A DNA stretch of 64,000 bases from Amoebidium appalachense (taxonomy: Eukaryota; Protista; Ichthyosporea): positions 4,259,375 to 4,323,374 of the forward strand of contig CAVNZM010000017.1 of assembly GCA_963693365.1 (NCBI GenBank), given 5' to 3'. A program made the position numbers and the translations under genes. This document shows positions 17,965 through 29,981 of the stretch, piece after piece. How positions within the stretch are numbered: position 1 is the stretch's first letter; every line of letters starts with the position of its first letter. The notes beneath the pieces were generated by a model that saw only the letters and a list, made by a program, of their open reading frames with translations, was not told the origin of the DNA and did not search any database.

Positions 17965-20065
17965 CTCCCCCCCCCCCCCCCCCCCCCCACTCTCTCTCTC
18001 TCTCACTCCCCCTCTCTGTCCCTCTCACTCACTCACTGCTCTCCCCATCCTCCCTCCGCCACTCCCCCTCCCCCCCCCCCCCCCCTCCCCAACAGGTTTC
18101 TCAATCTGTGTTTGGTCTTGCTTTCTTTTGCACCATCTATTATGATTGTGCATGTGTACTTTGTGTCTTTCTTTGTATTCTCTTCCCCCCCCCCCCCCCC
18201 CCCCGACTTGGGCCCTCCCTGAGGATGGGCTCTGCTTATGACGCATACTGTGCGCATGGCTGATGTTGCATACTTGAATGTTTGCCTTTGCATGTGTCCT
18301 GCACCATGCTTCTCATCGTGTATGCGTACTTTGTACTGTGTTCCGCATTCAAACCCCCCTGTCTTCTTTCAGAGGTGTCCTTTCAGGACAGACCACTGTG
18401 TGGAGACATCTTTACTTCCATGCAACCGGGCATGGTTGCTCTGTGTCGTGCATCTGTAAGCACATACGCGTTTTTCGCTGCACTGCATTAGTTTGCACAC
18501 ACATCTTCACCGTTCTGCTCACCTTGCTTGCATAAGCAACCCTGCTCGTCTTTGATCAAGACGGGTTGACCCACCCAAGTTCAGTTGATGCTGCTGTTTG
18601 AGTTGGAGCGTCGTATATACGCGGGCTAAGGGGTCGAAACTCAGACGCAATTGATGACTTGGGCCCTCCCTGAGGATGGGCTCTGCTTATGACGCATACT
18701 GTGCGCATGGCTGATGTTGCATACTTGAATGTTTGCCTTTGCATGTGTCCTGCACCATGCTTCTCATCGTGTATGCGTACTTTGTACTGTGTTCCGCATT
18801 CAAACCCCCCCCCTTCATCCCCCTCCTCTTTACCCTTCCCCTCCTACCTTTCAATGTGTTTGAGCGTGCAATGACTACCCACATACTCTTTTTGTTACGC
18901 AATATAATGATAGTTGTCAGCTTCTGGTCACCCCCCCCCCCCCCCCCCCCCCCTCCCCTCATCCCCCATTCCCCCCCTCCCACCCCACTACCAGAACTAT
19001 CCAGCCACCACATATACCCCCTCTCCCCCCCCCCCCCCCCCCCCCCCCTCACCACCACATACACACATAAGCACACCTTTTCAACTCTCCCCCCATCCCA
19101 CCGAACATGTGCAGCTGGCTGTATGATGGTTGGCTTTGTTGATATTTTACTTACACGTTGCCTGGGGGTTGTCTTGTCTTTTTATTAACCTCTTGAGGAC
19201 CGTAGATTTCACGAGATCGAGATCGAGATCGAGGTCACCAGCACGGAGACGACCAAGTTTGTGCTCTAATGTGAACATGAAGTTGATAGGAACTAGCCAA
19301 ATAAAAGTTGCACGAGATTAGAAAATACACTGTCCTTCGTCATATGCACAAAAAATCGAACTTTACTCTAATACCGATACCTTGTATATGGTGTATCTAC
19401 AAAGGGTGCTTGCTGGCTTGACGACATCGAAATGCTGTCAATGCAATCTTCTGATTGGACCTAAGAATGGCTCCAAATGGCAAAACATGATTGGCCGGTT
19501 CAGTCGACATCGATGGCAACTCTAAGATTTTCTCAATATCTCGAAAGTCACTTCAGAAACAGATATCAAAGATACGAAATAATGATATTTTCCCCAAACC
19601 ATCTTAGTAACGTTTGTAGGTAAGACATATACCTGTCGGCATATGTAATTTATTTGAGCTTTTTCTATCGATTATGAGCCGCAATACAGTTGTTTAGGTC
19701 CCTACCGGGAGCCGGTAGAATCAATTAGTCCGGTCTTCTAGAGGTTAATGTTTCTTTTCTTGTTTTACCCCTTCATCGTGTATGTTGCTGTGCCTCCCAT
19801 CCCCCCCCCGCCTCCCCCCTTCCCCTTCCAGCCCCCCCCCCCCCCCCCCCCCCCCCTCCCCCCCCCTCCCCCCCCTTCCCCTTCCAATCCCCCACTCAGA
19901 CGCAATTGATGACTTGGGTCCTCCCTGAGGATGGGCTCTGCTTATGACGCATACTGTGCACATGGCTGATGTTGCATACTTGAATGTTTGCCTTTGCATG
20001 TATCCTGCACCATGCTTCTCGTCGTGTATGCGTACTTCGTACCGTGTTCCGCATTCAAACCCCCC

Positions 20066-20119
<54 letters not shown>

Positions 20120-20330
20120 AAAGTTTTTCAAGTTTTTTCATTTTCACTTTTTTTTTTTTTTTTTCATTTTCACATTGCACTGTGGACTGTCAATTCTTAC
20201 TCGGCACTGTGTACCACATTTTCCCCACCCACCCCTCTTACTGTCCTTCTATTGACATGTTGAAGTTGGGCGGGCGTTCCAAGGCTGGGGCAGGGAGGGA
20301 GCTCTGTGTGTGTGTGTGTTTCAACGGGAA

Positions 20331-20367
<37 letters not shown>

Positions 20368-20511
20368 AACAGATCTAAGGTCGGTAGAATCAACCTCCAC
20401 AATGTTTTGTTTTCCGGAGCTCAGTCGAGGTGCCATGTAGGGTCGATGGAGCCACGGAAATCTGGCCAATCCGTAACCAAAGAAAAGACCATGTACCTTA
20501 CGTAAGCTACT

Positions 20512-20545
<34 letters not shown>

Positions 20546-21269
20546 TTCCCCCCATCCCTCCCTCCTCCTGGCCCCCGCCCCCTGCCCCTCCCCCAGATTC
20601 GGTCGGTAGTCAACTGCTGTGATGAGTATGCAGGCCCAGTCCACGACTACAGCGAAAAGCGCATGGCACAGCTGTACATACCCACAGGTAAATATCCACC
20701 CCTCCTCCTCCCCCCCCCCCTCCCCCCCAACACACACACACACACACACGCCGCGTCTCCCTCCCTCCTCCCTCCCCTCGGTTTGTGTCTGTTGACTGCA
20801 TGTGTCTTCTGGTGTCTGGATGTTGTTATGGCATCATGTCGGGTTTTGTTGTATCATACGGCAGTATGTGCTTTGTTTTTTTGCATATATAAACCCGCCT
20901 CCCCCCTCCCCCCTCCCGTCCGCCCCTTCTCCCTTTCCTCCAACCACCCCACCACAGGCACGTGTACACACACACTGGCGTGCGTGCATTCCCGAGCGTA
21001 CCATACGTACCCGGCAGAGAAATTTTCATGGCTCCCGCCTGATTTTTGTTTAACAAGCAGCCGCACAATGGGTGATGACACTAAGACAAGATATGCAAAA
21101 CCGGCATCAACACAACTGCTTAACTCTGTCCTTCTTTTGGTTTCTACAATTTTTATCCCCGGGGGGGGGGGGGGAGGGGGGGACCGAGGGAGGGAGAAGA
21201 GAGGAAAGAGAGAGTGGGAGAGGGGGGGAGGGGGAGGGAGAGGGGGGGGGGGGGGGGAGAAGGGAGACG

Positions 21270-21306
<37 letters not shown>

Positions 21307-21319
21307 AGGGAGAGAGGGG

Positions 21320-21356
<37 letters not shown>

Positions 21357-21379
21357 CTGGGGGGAGAAGAGAGAGAGAG

Positions 21380-21414
<35 letters not shown>

Positions 21415-21978
21415 CATTCCCTATATATCTATCCGTTCAGTTTGATCATGAGACTCTGTTCCTACCCATCACCACCCATTCCTGCCTATCCCCCCCCCCC
21501 CCCCCCCCCCCCCCCCCGCCCTTCCCCTTCCCCCCCCTTCCCCCCCCCCTCCCCCCACCCCACTCCCCGCCACCGCGTCCCTCCTCCTGTTTAATCTAAG
21601 CAGTATTTGAATTGTATTTTGTCGGCAAGGTGAACGGACCGAAGCTCGGGTACTGTGGATGATTTTGTACCCCCCTGAGAATGGGCTCTGCTTTTTGTGT
21701 ATACCCTTTTGTTTGCACTCTGCGTTGTGTTGTCTGTTATGAATGTGTGCTTCGTACTTTTTAACACACTCTTACCACTCCCCCCTTCACCCTCCCCCCC
21801 TCCCCCCCCCCCCCCCCCTCCCCTGCCCGTCGTCGTATAAACATATTCTCCCACCGCCGCCGCCACCTCTACCACACACGCAGATACATATGTATAGACA
21901 CCTCACACATACAAGCGCATTCACACACATGCAACCATACACATACTCAAATACACGTGTGCATGTACGCGCACACCA

Positions 21979-22031
<53 letters not shown>

Positions 22032-22045
22032 ACATGGGTACACAC

Positions 22046-22091
<46 letters not shown>

Positions 22092-22105
22092 ACATGGGTA
22101 CACAC

Positions 22106-22182
<77 letters not shown>

Positions 22183-22413
22183 CGATCACCTCGAGCCATC
22201 CTTGGAAGATATCAAACGGGCCGTAGCTTTCATCCAAGACAGGAGGAAAGATGGCGGTGTATATATCCACTGCAAAGGTAAAATAATTGGATGATGGTCG
22301 TTAGATATAACCGGATATCCAGATGTATGTATGTGTGTGTGTGTGTGTTCGTTTGTGTGTGTGTGTGCATGTGCGCACGCGTGTGTGTGTGTGTGTGTGA
22401 GTGGGTGTGCGTG

Positions 22414-22457
<44 letters not shown>

Positions 22458-22665
22458 CGTGCGTGTGTGCGTACGTGCGTGCATGCGTGAGTGTGTGTAA
22501 GGCAGTCTCTGTCACAGTGAAGGATAATGGTGTGGGCGGTGAGATTGGGTTAGATTGGTTACAAGTGTAGTAGCAGGCTTGAAGGAAAGAGAGTTGGAGG
22601 AATAGAGGGTGGAGAAATGTAAACGAACGAATTCGCGAGGAGACCGAGGTGGGGTGTGTGTGTGT

Positions 22666-22704
<39 letters not shown>

Positions 22705-22919
22705 AAGAATAACTTAGTGTGTGTAGAAACTTGGAATGTTAGAAGAACGGGGGTTTGGGAGGGAGAGGGAGGGGGGGGGGGGGGAGGGGAGAGCTAGAGA
22801 GAGGGCAGAGAGAGAGATTGAACGGCTCCTGCCTCGGCGTGGGGCACTGGAAGGGGGAACCCCAAGTGGGAAGACAAGTGTCTGTTTGTGCACAGGTGGT
22901 GCCGAAGAAGGGGCGGGGG

Positions 22920-22952
<33 letters not shown>

Positions 22953-23366
22953 GGGAGGGGGGGGAGGGAGGGGGAGGGGGGAGCAAGTGAGGGGTTGGGG
23001 GGAAACAGGGAGAAAAAGAGGGGGGATTGGTAAGACAGACACGTGTTCACGTGTACACGTGTGTGTGCAGGAGGTGTGGGAAGAAGTGGTGCCGTGGCGT
23101 TTTGCTGGCTGCTGGCAGAAAAGAAAATGGGCCTAAAGGAGACACAGGACTACTTGCTTACGTAAGTCACCCCCCCCCCCCAATGGCTGATGTTGCATAC
23201 TTGAATGTTTGCCTTTGCATGTGTCCTGCACCATGCTTCTCATCGTGTATGCGTACTTTGTACTGTGTTCCGCATTCAAACCCCCCCCCCCCCCCCCCCC
23301 CCAAGGCTACCATCTACCCACACACACACACACAGACACCAGACACACCGCGCACGCACGCACACA

Positions 23367-23432
<66 letters not shown>

Positions 23433-24148
23433 CAGACGACACCAGTAAATCTGCATATCTTGCCTCCACCCATCATATAAGCTTTGTGCTCTTGTCCCTG
23501 CCGTCCTGTTACATCTAACAAACTATTTCTAGGATTAGAAACACCAAAACATAGGTCCTACAGATCTGGTCTAAGTTACTCTCCGCCCTTCCCGTCGTTG
23601 CTATAGTATCAGTTTTAAACAAAAACGATGATTTAGTTTGGTTGGGTACCGTGGCTCTCTTCGATTTCAATACCCCTATGCAGTAACACCCCCCCCCCCC
23701 CCCCCCCCCCCCCCCCCTTTCTCCCCCCTTCACACAAACGCACCTACACTAACATACACACACACGTCACACCCTTTTCCCTACCTAATTCTGCTTCAAA
23801 GCTCATACTTTTTTAATAGTACAGCTTGTATGGTTTTAGCTGAGAAAGATTCCCCCTCCCCCCCCAGACACGCGCGCGCACACACGCGCACACACAGATC
23901 TCCGGGGGGAGGGGGAGGGGGGGGGGGGGGGGGGAGTTATGCGCGCATGGGAGATTGATAGAAGTCTATACGGGCTTTGTACCAAGGTGGGGATCCCGCG
24001 TAGAAACATGCAATATAACAAGTGAAGTCTATGTATGTCGCTAATTTAACATATTTGTGCAAATACCAGGCGCCGCAAGGTGCACGGCAACCTCTACCAA
24101 CGGGCCAACGTCCAGGCATTCTACGACGACCTCCAGAAGCAGAAGTGA
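15563..24148 (+). CDS. PTPMT1-like dual-specificity / phosphatidylglycerophosphate phosphatase, 7 exons
   Basis: Exons 15563-15713, 16690-16774, 17784-17850, 20597-20687, 22182-22277, 23071-23161 and 24070-24148 splice in frame. Motifs: [28 protein letters not shown], and catalytic VYIHCKGGVGRS (CX5R). There is a hydrophobic N-terminal segment. Confidence 0.9.
18205..18804 (+). mobile_element. Partial-tandem Penelope-like pLTR insertion (subfamily A): 149-bp 3' fragment followed by a longer unit
   Basis: 18205-18353 is identical to 18656-18804 (period 451 bp). Both end in CATTCAAA plus a C tract. It lies in intron 3 of the phosphatase gene. Confidence 0.8.
18530..18692 (+). ncRNA. Structured RNA / candidate permuted hammerhead-like ribozyme within the repeat
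   Basis: Outer stem CATAAGCA/TGCTTATG. GUU at 18602-18604, GAAA at 18636-18639, CUGAGGA at 18670-18676. Three helices show compensatory changes relative to the copy at 63655-63815. Confidence 0.55.
19189..19744. mobile_element. piggyBac-like non-autonomous element (MITE), 556 bp
   Basis: TTAA|CCTCTTGAGGACCG ... CGGTCTTCTAGAGG|TTAA: a 14-bp TIR with 2 mismatches, CC...GG ends, TTAA on both sides and no ORF. Confidence 0.7.
19894..20059 (+). mobile_element. 5'-truncated pLTR repeat copy (subfamily A)
   Basis: Close match to 18639-18804, lying between C tracts. Confidence 0.85.
21637..21770 (+). mobile_element. Diverged pLTR repeat copy (subfamily B-like)
   Basis: Reads gaccgaagctcgggtactgtggatga...ccctgagaatgggctctgctt...cttcgtacttttt. 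Confidence 0.7.
23183..23280 (+). mobile_element. 5'-truncated pLTR repeat copy (subfamily A)
   Basis: Matches the 3' ~98 bp of the 18.8-kb copy and is embedded in a poly-C tract. Confidence 0.85.
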
Positions 24149-24274
24149 TGACGTCATGCCGCCTTCCATAATTGGAAGTCGCCGAGATTAATCTACCCAT
24201 GGGACCTTAAGTTTTGTTCTATTACAGTATATGTCTTGTAGCTACGGAAGATTCGGCTGAAGTCTTTGTGAGAA

Positions 24275-24445
24275 AGTGTAACCTTGAAATGGTTGGCTAG
24301 GATTGACTTTTCCAAGTATTAGATTTTAGTTTTAAGCTAAAATTCTAGTCTAAGTGTTAGTGTAACCTTAAAATGGTTGGCTAGGATTGACTTTTTCAAA
24401 TATGTATTAGATTTTAGTTTTGAGTTAAATTTAGTCTAAGTGTTT
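24275..24445. repeat. Tandem duplication, ~84-bp unit
   Basis: agtgtaacctt.aaatggttggctaggattgacttt...tagtctaagtgtt occurs twice. Confidence 0.85.
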
Positions 24446-25858
24446 ATTATTACATTATATTCTAGTTATATCGTGCAACTGGCTAAGTGGCTGTAGTGGT
24501 TCTGAAGCATGGAGTGTCTAAAAATGGCTCTGATGCATGATCACAGACACAGCGATTTGATTGTACATTGACATGTTGTTTGCACGGGCACAAACCCGTG
24601 CACATATATGCGCACACGAGGAATGGGCAGGCTCTGTCACACTCACGCAATACAACCCACACCCGCGCGCACACACGCACACACAGCACTAACAAGTTGT
24701 GAAGACACATGTAAACGACATATTGAAATGCGGATGTATCAAGTAGATCCAGAGCTGGAAACATGCAATCATAATGTGTGTTTTGCAGATGGCTAAATCA
24801 CGTATGTCGACATTGTAACTTCCAAATGTAGAATTATCATAATGTAGTGCGTGTTTGACGCGTAACCCGTGTGTGAGTAAAACATTTCTAACCCTAGTAT
24901 TGTGATGTTGGGCCGTTGTCGGGCTCGTGTGAATGTACATACTGTCGCATAGTGCTCTGTGTGGGTGTCGGCCGCGGTGTGGCTGTGTGTGTGTGGGGGG
25001 GGGGTGTCTGTGTTTGTGTGTGTGTTGCGCGGTGGCGTAACGGTCACCATGGTGATTGTACATGTGGTGGCAGTGTTGGTTACTGTACATTTCAGTGATG
25101 ATGCGGCTTTGTGCAAGCTCCCTACGGTGGTGTTTTCAATCATTATCTTGTCAATGAGGGGTTGTCCATATCCCGGGCCCTACTTTTTTGGTTTTGTTAT
25201 AAAACTTTTTTTTTTAGCATTAGGGCGGTCATATCCACGGGGCCGCGTATACGTGCGCGTGGGTGCGCATTGGGGGCGGTTGCTATTGTGCATTGCCACT
25301 CATGTCATGATCCATGGCCATGGAACGAAGAGGTGGGGTCGAACCTCCTGCCTGGGGGCGGAGGGGAGAGGGGGGGGGCGGGGGGGGGGGGGGGGGAGGG
25401 GGGGGAGGGGGGAGGGGGGAGGGGGGGGGGGAGGGGAAGAGGAGGAGGAGGAGGGTGCTCGAGGTCCGCCGGGAAGGAAGTGGGGTAATGCCATGCCAAT
25501 ATTGATTAGCCGGCTTCTTTACCTCGGGATCACTAGAATCGTTCTCCGGCAATGATGAACAACATGTGCATGTGACCGACCAACGATTGACATGCACGAT
25601 CATCGACTCATTATAGTGTCCAGGATCTGCCTCACCACGACATTATGGAAATATACAAGAATAGTCAGCGCACCTAAAAGGTTGCCAGCCACCTTTTTGG
25701 CAAGTAGTTATAAACATACAAGCTTCCGCTTTTGTTGCTCGAACGTTGGCCACTGGCAGTTTTCGCGGGCTACGTCATGGCCTAAACAACCAATCAAAAG
25801 CCGTTATCTGATCTCCTGTTTCGTTCATCCCACAATCAAACACCTAAAAATCATTTTT

Positions 25859-25866
25859 TATATAAA
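25859..25866 (+). promoter_or_regulatory. TATA box of the U2 snRNA gene
   Basis: TATATAAA at about -30 from the U2 start, with a CCAAT at about 25791. Confidence 0.55.
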
Positions 25867-25889
25867 TCGATCACAGCCCATATTCAGGT

Positions 25890-26080
25890 ATCGCTTCTCG
25901 GCCTTTTGGCTAAGATCAAGTGTAGTATCTGTTCTTATCAGCTTAATATCTGATATGGGATCTACGGATCCCGATCAATATTAAACTTATTTTTGTGCCC
26001 GGGTCATATGTGCTGAGCTTGCTCAAACTATGGCCGCACGTGGCCCTGGTATCGCACTACCTCCAGGGCTGCGGGGTCCC
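25890..26080 (+). ncRNA. U2: U2 spliceosomal snRNA
   Basis: Canonical 5' end ATCGCTTCTCGGCCTTTTGGCTAAGATCAAGTGTAGTATCTGTTCTTATCAG, Sm site ATTTTTG, and stem IV CCCTGGTATCGCACTACCTCCAGGG. Confidence 0.97.
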
Positions 26081-27401
26081 CCTTTCAATTGTTGCTAATA
26101 AAAAAAATTTAAATTAAAAGTGTTCAGACTTCTCTTACGGTATCCCTGAAGTGTCTAACTCCTCTTTTTCAGTTAATATCCCACCCATTCTTTTTTCTGC
26201 TCTGTTTTACGTGAGACTCATGTTCTGGCCCCCTACCCCCCCCCCCCCCCCCCTCCCCTCCCCCCACCTCGAGTTGAATTGAATGGTGTCCCCCACCCCA
26301 ACACCCAACTCACCGGTCCCACCCTCTCCGGTTCGATTAACCACCCCATGTCCAGGCACATGTACCAAATAGCACAATCCAAGTTGAGCCAAAAATAGGA
26401 CAATCCAAGTTGAGCCGGCTGCTGTCGTGATATCATAGTATTACCCGCTTTTTTTGCTTCCTCTCTATGGTGAAAAGCATGACTGCAAGTGTTACAGTAT
26501 ATAAAACCCCAACTCAGTCTGTGCTAGATCACAATTTTTTTGTGGCGCGTCCCGACTGGATAAACAAGCAACAGGACTCCGTACAATCAATCTTAGCCGT
26601 CTGACTCACACGACCTTAGAAACAAGCAGCACTATCCAAACCTAATATTATTTAGCCAAACAATGTATCAAGCATTCCCCCCCCCCCCCCCCCCCCCCCC
26701 TCCCCCCCCCCCTCCCCCCCCCCGGGCGCAGGGCACGCACCCTTTCCCTGTCCCTGCCGATGTGACAGGCTCAACAAGAGCCTTTTTAATCATTTTGCAT
26801 AGGCGAGCGTGAGGTTTTCGAGAAATATTTCTCGGAGAAAAAAATAAGAGGAAACTCGTGGCCCTAATCATTATGCTATATTTGTCACAAGCAAACCTTC
26901 AAGGTGTTGTCTTGTGTGAAGTTCTGAATTGTTATACAATACTTTAACATAATGTAGCATTTTACATAATATGGCAATATGTACGTTATGTCCCCGGCCA
27001 GCAGGGACGCTTTCTGTAGCTCGGCATTTTCACTGAAGTAAAAAAAAAAAAAAGGCCACATATCACAGCATGTATATCTAATCCACTGATATATTCTTTA
27101 ATTTGGCAGGCACGATTAGGCAGGCACGATTCCAGTGTCAACATAAAAGAAAACTGGATGTGCATAAATTTCTATCACATAATGCACTAAAGAAGCGGAC
27201 CAAATCCTCCCCCCCTCCCCCCCCCCCCCCCCCCCCCCCTCCCCCTTACGCACCCACGCACCCACGCACCCATGCATCCACCGCACCCCAACCCCTTCTC
27301 CTCCCCCTCCCCAAACAAGCACACAAACACATGTGCACATACACGTACACGAATACACACACACATTAAGCTGTCCCTAACAAACAATTAATAGCAGAAG
27401 A

Positions 27402-29701
27402 CTAGTCCTCCTCCTCCTCCACCCCACCCAGAGCCTTCCCCTTTCCCGCACCCCTCTCCTTCATGTTTATCGTCTCCGATTCGGGTGCGCTCTCTTCAGC
27501 CCGAATTCCTAAACTCGATCCCAAATTTCCAAAATACGCACTCAAGCTATTTGAGCTACTACTAGCGCGCTGACCGTTTTCCGCAGAGAGCAGAGACGTA
27601 CTTGAATCCATAAAACTCTCGAAATCGTGCAGACTTAGCCCAGATTTCTGAAGCGAAACCTCCAACCGTGCGTGCTTTAACACCAACTCTTCAAGTCTCT
27701 CCTCCAGTACTTTAACTTCTTCCTTCAGTTGTCCCACCCTCTCGCTCGACTCCGCTGCCAAATTTTCGTCTTTTTTTCTCCCCCCGATTCTTCTTCTCGT
27801 CCCCCTTGGGTGGGGTGAGCCACAAAAACGTCTGCAGGAAGGACATTAGACTGTCCTTGCTCGACCTTCGCCGCCTTCCAATTGTGTTTCTTGAATTTTG
27901 GGAGATTTGCGGTACAGGTACCCTCACTACAACATTTTCCAGGCTTGCGCTCGGGTCGTCCAGAAGTCGATCGTTGCTTGCTCCCTGATCGGCAGGTAGT
28001 ACCTGGAGATTTGCGTTCGATGTCGACCTGGTTGCCAAATTTCCGAAATTTACGCTTGCGCTCGTAGTTCGCCGAGCGTTGTGGTGCACGTGTGCCCCCG
28101 TGCTCCTCGATCCCCTCGGCGATTGCGTAGCAATAGGGGAAGAAACATAACAACCTTCCGGGAAATCGCAAAAAGCTAAAACCGTATCGGAAGCTCTGTG
28201 CCTGCGGTTGGTGTTAATCGGTGTCGGTCTGCGGTTGTTTGTGGATAGCGATCGGAGATTTTGATTGGATCCCGCATGTGGCAGGCGGGTACCTGATGCC
28301 GTAACACTGTGTGCAATTGAAACCGATTTTGACCGATCGGGAACGGCCACGGTTGGTTGGCTGGCACGCTGGCTTTGGCCGACCGTTGCATCTGCCGATT
28401 GGCTCCGAGTCACGGCCCGGTGGGGGAGTGTTCCACCATTGGTGGTAGTGATGCACGTTGTCGTTGCAGCAAATGCGCTGGTTCCGTTAAAAACTAAATT
28501 GTTTCCGCGCGTTTGCTGCCCACCCGTGCTTGATGGCTGGGGGGTGGTGTCGCTCGTGTATGTGACGGCGCCGGATGGGTCAGTGATTGATTGGAAGAGT
28601 TTTGGGCCAAAAAACACCAACTTGGTGAACAGGAGGGAGAATCTGTGTGGGAATACGTGTGTGTGGGTGGGTAGGGGGTTGGGGTGGGGAGGGGTAAGGG
28701 TCATTAGTTGGTGTGTGGACGTGTGCAAATGACAACTTTGAAAATTGGTGTTACACATACCCAATATTTGAAATGATATTCACATGACATCGCACGCACA
28801 TGTGTATGCAACAGCAAATACGCAATTGGGGTGCTTGGGGAAGGGACAAAAATGACGGCGGGGAATAGAGAGTGTGAGGCGGATGTGTGTGTGTGGTGTG
28901 TGTGTGTGTGTGTGCTTGCTGCCTGTGTGGCACCCAGTGTGTAAGTGTGTTCTGTGTGTGTGTATATCTTGGTTGTGGTGGTGGTCGGGAAGAGTGGGTC
29001 GTGAGGGTGTGAGTGTGAGCTTTTTTTTGGCACCTATTTTTATAATTATTTCATTTTCATTATATGATAATGAATCAAATCATCGGCATGATATACATCG
29101 TGTGTGTGTGTGTGTGTTGTGTGTGCGTGTGTGTGTGTGTGTGTGTGTTATATTTGGAGAGCTGGAGGGGAGGGAGGGAGGGGGGCAGTACATACCCAGA
29201 GCAACTGGCAGCCACGACACCAATCACAACTTGATCATTCACCAGACGGAAAATGGGGAACAGAATTATTCCCATGGTGGTAATTTGCATGGATATGATC
29301 CAGATATACCGGGCCTGTGTGAATATTTTTCAACGGTGGACATACATTAGTCGGTGACTTGCTGATGGCATAGACGGGCACCAAGAAACAGGCCAAAATA
29401 TGACCCTGTACGAGATATAACTTCCCAGATAATTGAAACTTTGTAATATGCCTGGACTGAGTTGTTCAGATGCTCATTGTATACGGGAGCGCCAGAAACA
29501 GTTAATAAAGGAAACGTGGGTAGCATGTGGGTGGGGAGATGTGGGGGGCCGGGGGGAAGGGGGCGAGGGGGAAATGGGGGGGAGGGTTGGGAGGGGGGGA
29601 GAGGGGAAGGGGGGGGGGGGGGGGGGGGGGGGGGGAGGGTTAGGGGGTAAGAGTGATCACAGAAGACAAAGTACACAGTCACGACCGACAACACACTGCC
29701 G

Positions 29702-29739
<38 letters not shown>

Positions 29740-29946
29740 ATAACAACAACCCCAACACAGGCAGGGGGAAAGGGGGGGAGAGGGGGAGGAGGGGGGAATA
29801 GAGAGGGGGGCGGAGGGGAGAAAGGGGATGGAGAAGGAGAGAGAGAAAGATGAAAGAGCACAAAGTACAAAGAGGGAGAACATAAAAGGGTATACATCAT
29901 AAGTAGAGCCCATCCTCAGGCCTGGGGGGCCAAGTCATTCACAGTA

Positions 29947-29981
<35 letters not shown>

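Noticed and set aside
18238-18459. Recurrent peptide [23 protein letters not shown] and its relatives
   Set aside because: It is a translation of the non-coding repeat tail. Copies are variably truncated, and no frame is preserved between subfamilies A and B.
18530-18660. Patchy similarity of the repeat head to 5S rRNA (CATA..ACCCTG, CTCGTC..TGATC, GCTAAG.GGGTCG, GTACT.TGGATG), suggesting a SINE3
   Set aside because: The matches are short, split between subfamilies and need a ~70-nt insertion. The covarying helices do not follow the 5S fold. Not fully excluded without a covariance-model search.
18670-18700. Canonical type I/II/III hammerhead built locally from CUGAGGA
   Set aside because: No GAAA follows the downstream hairpin and no NUH follows GAAAC in subfamily A. 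Only the permuted model accounts for all core strands.
22886-22920. Alternative phosphatase exon after CACAG at 22895
   Set aside because: It would give GGAEEG without the catalytic Arg. The exon at 23071 restores CX5R.
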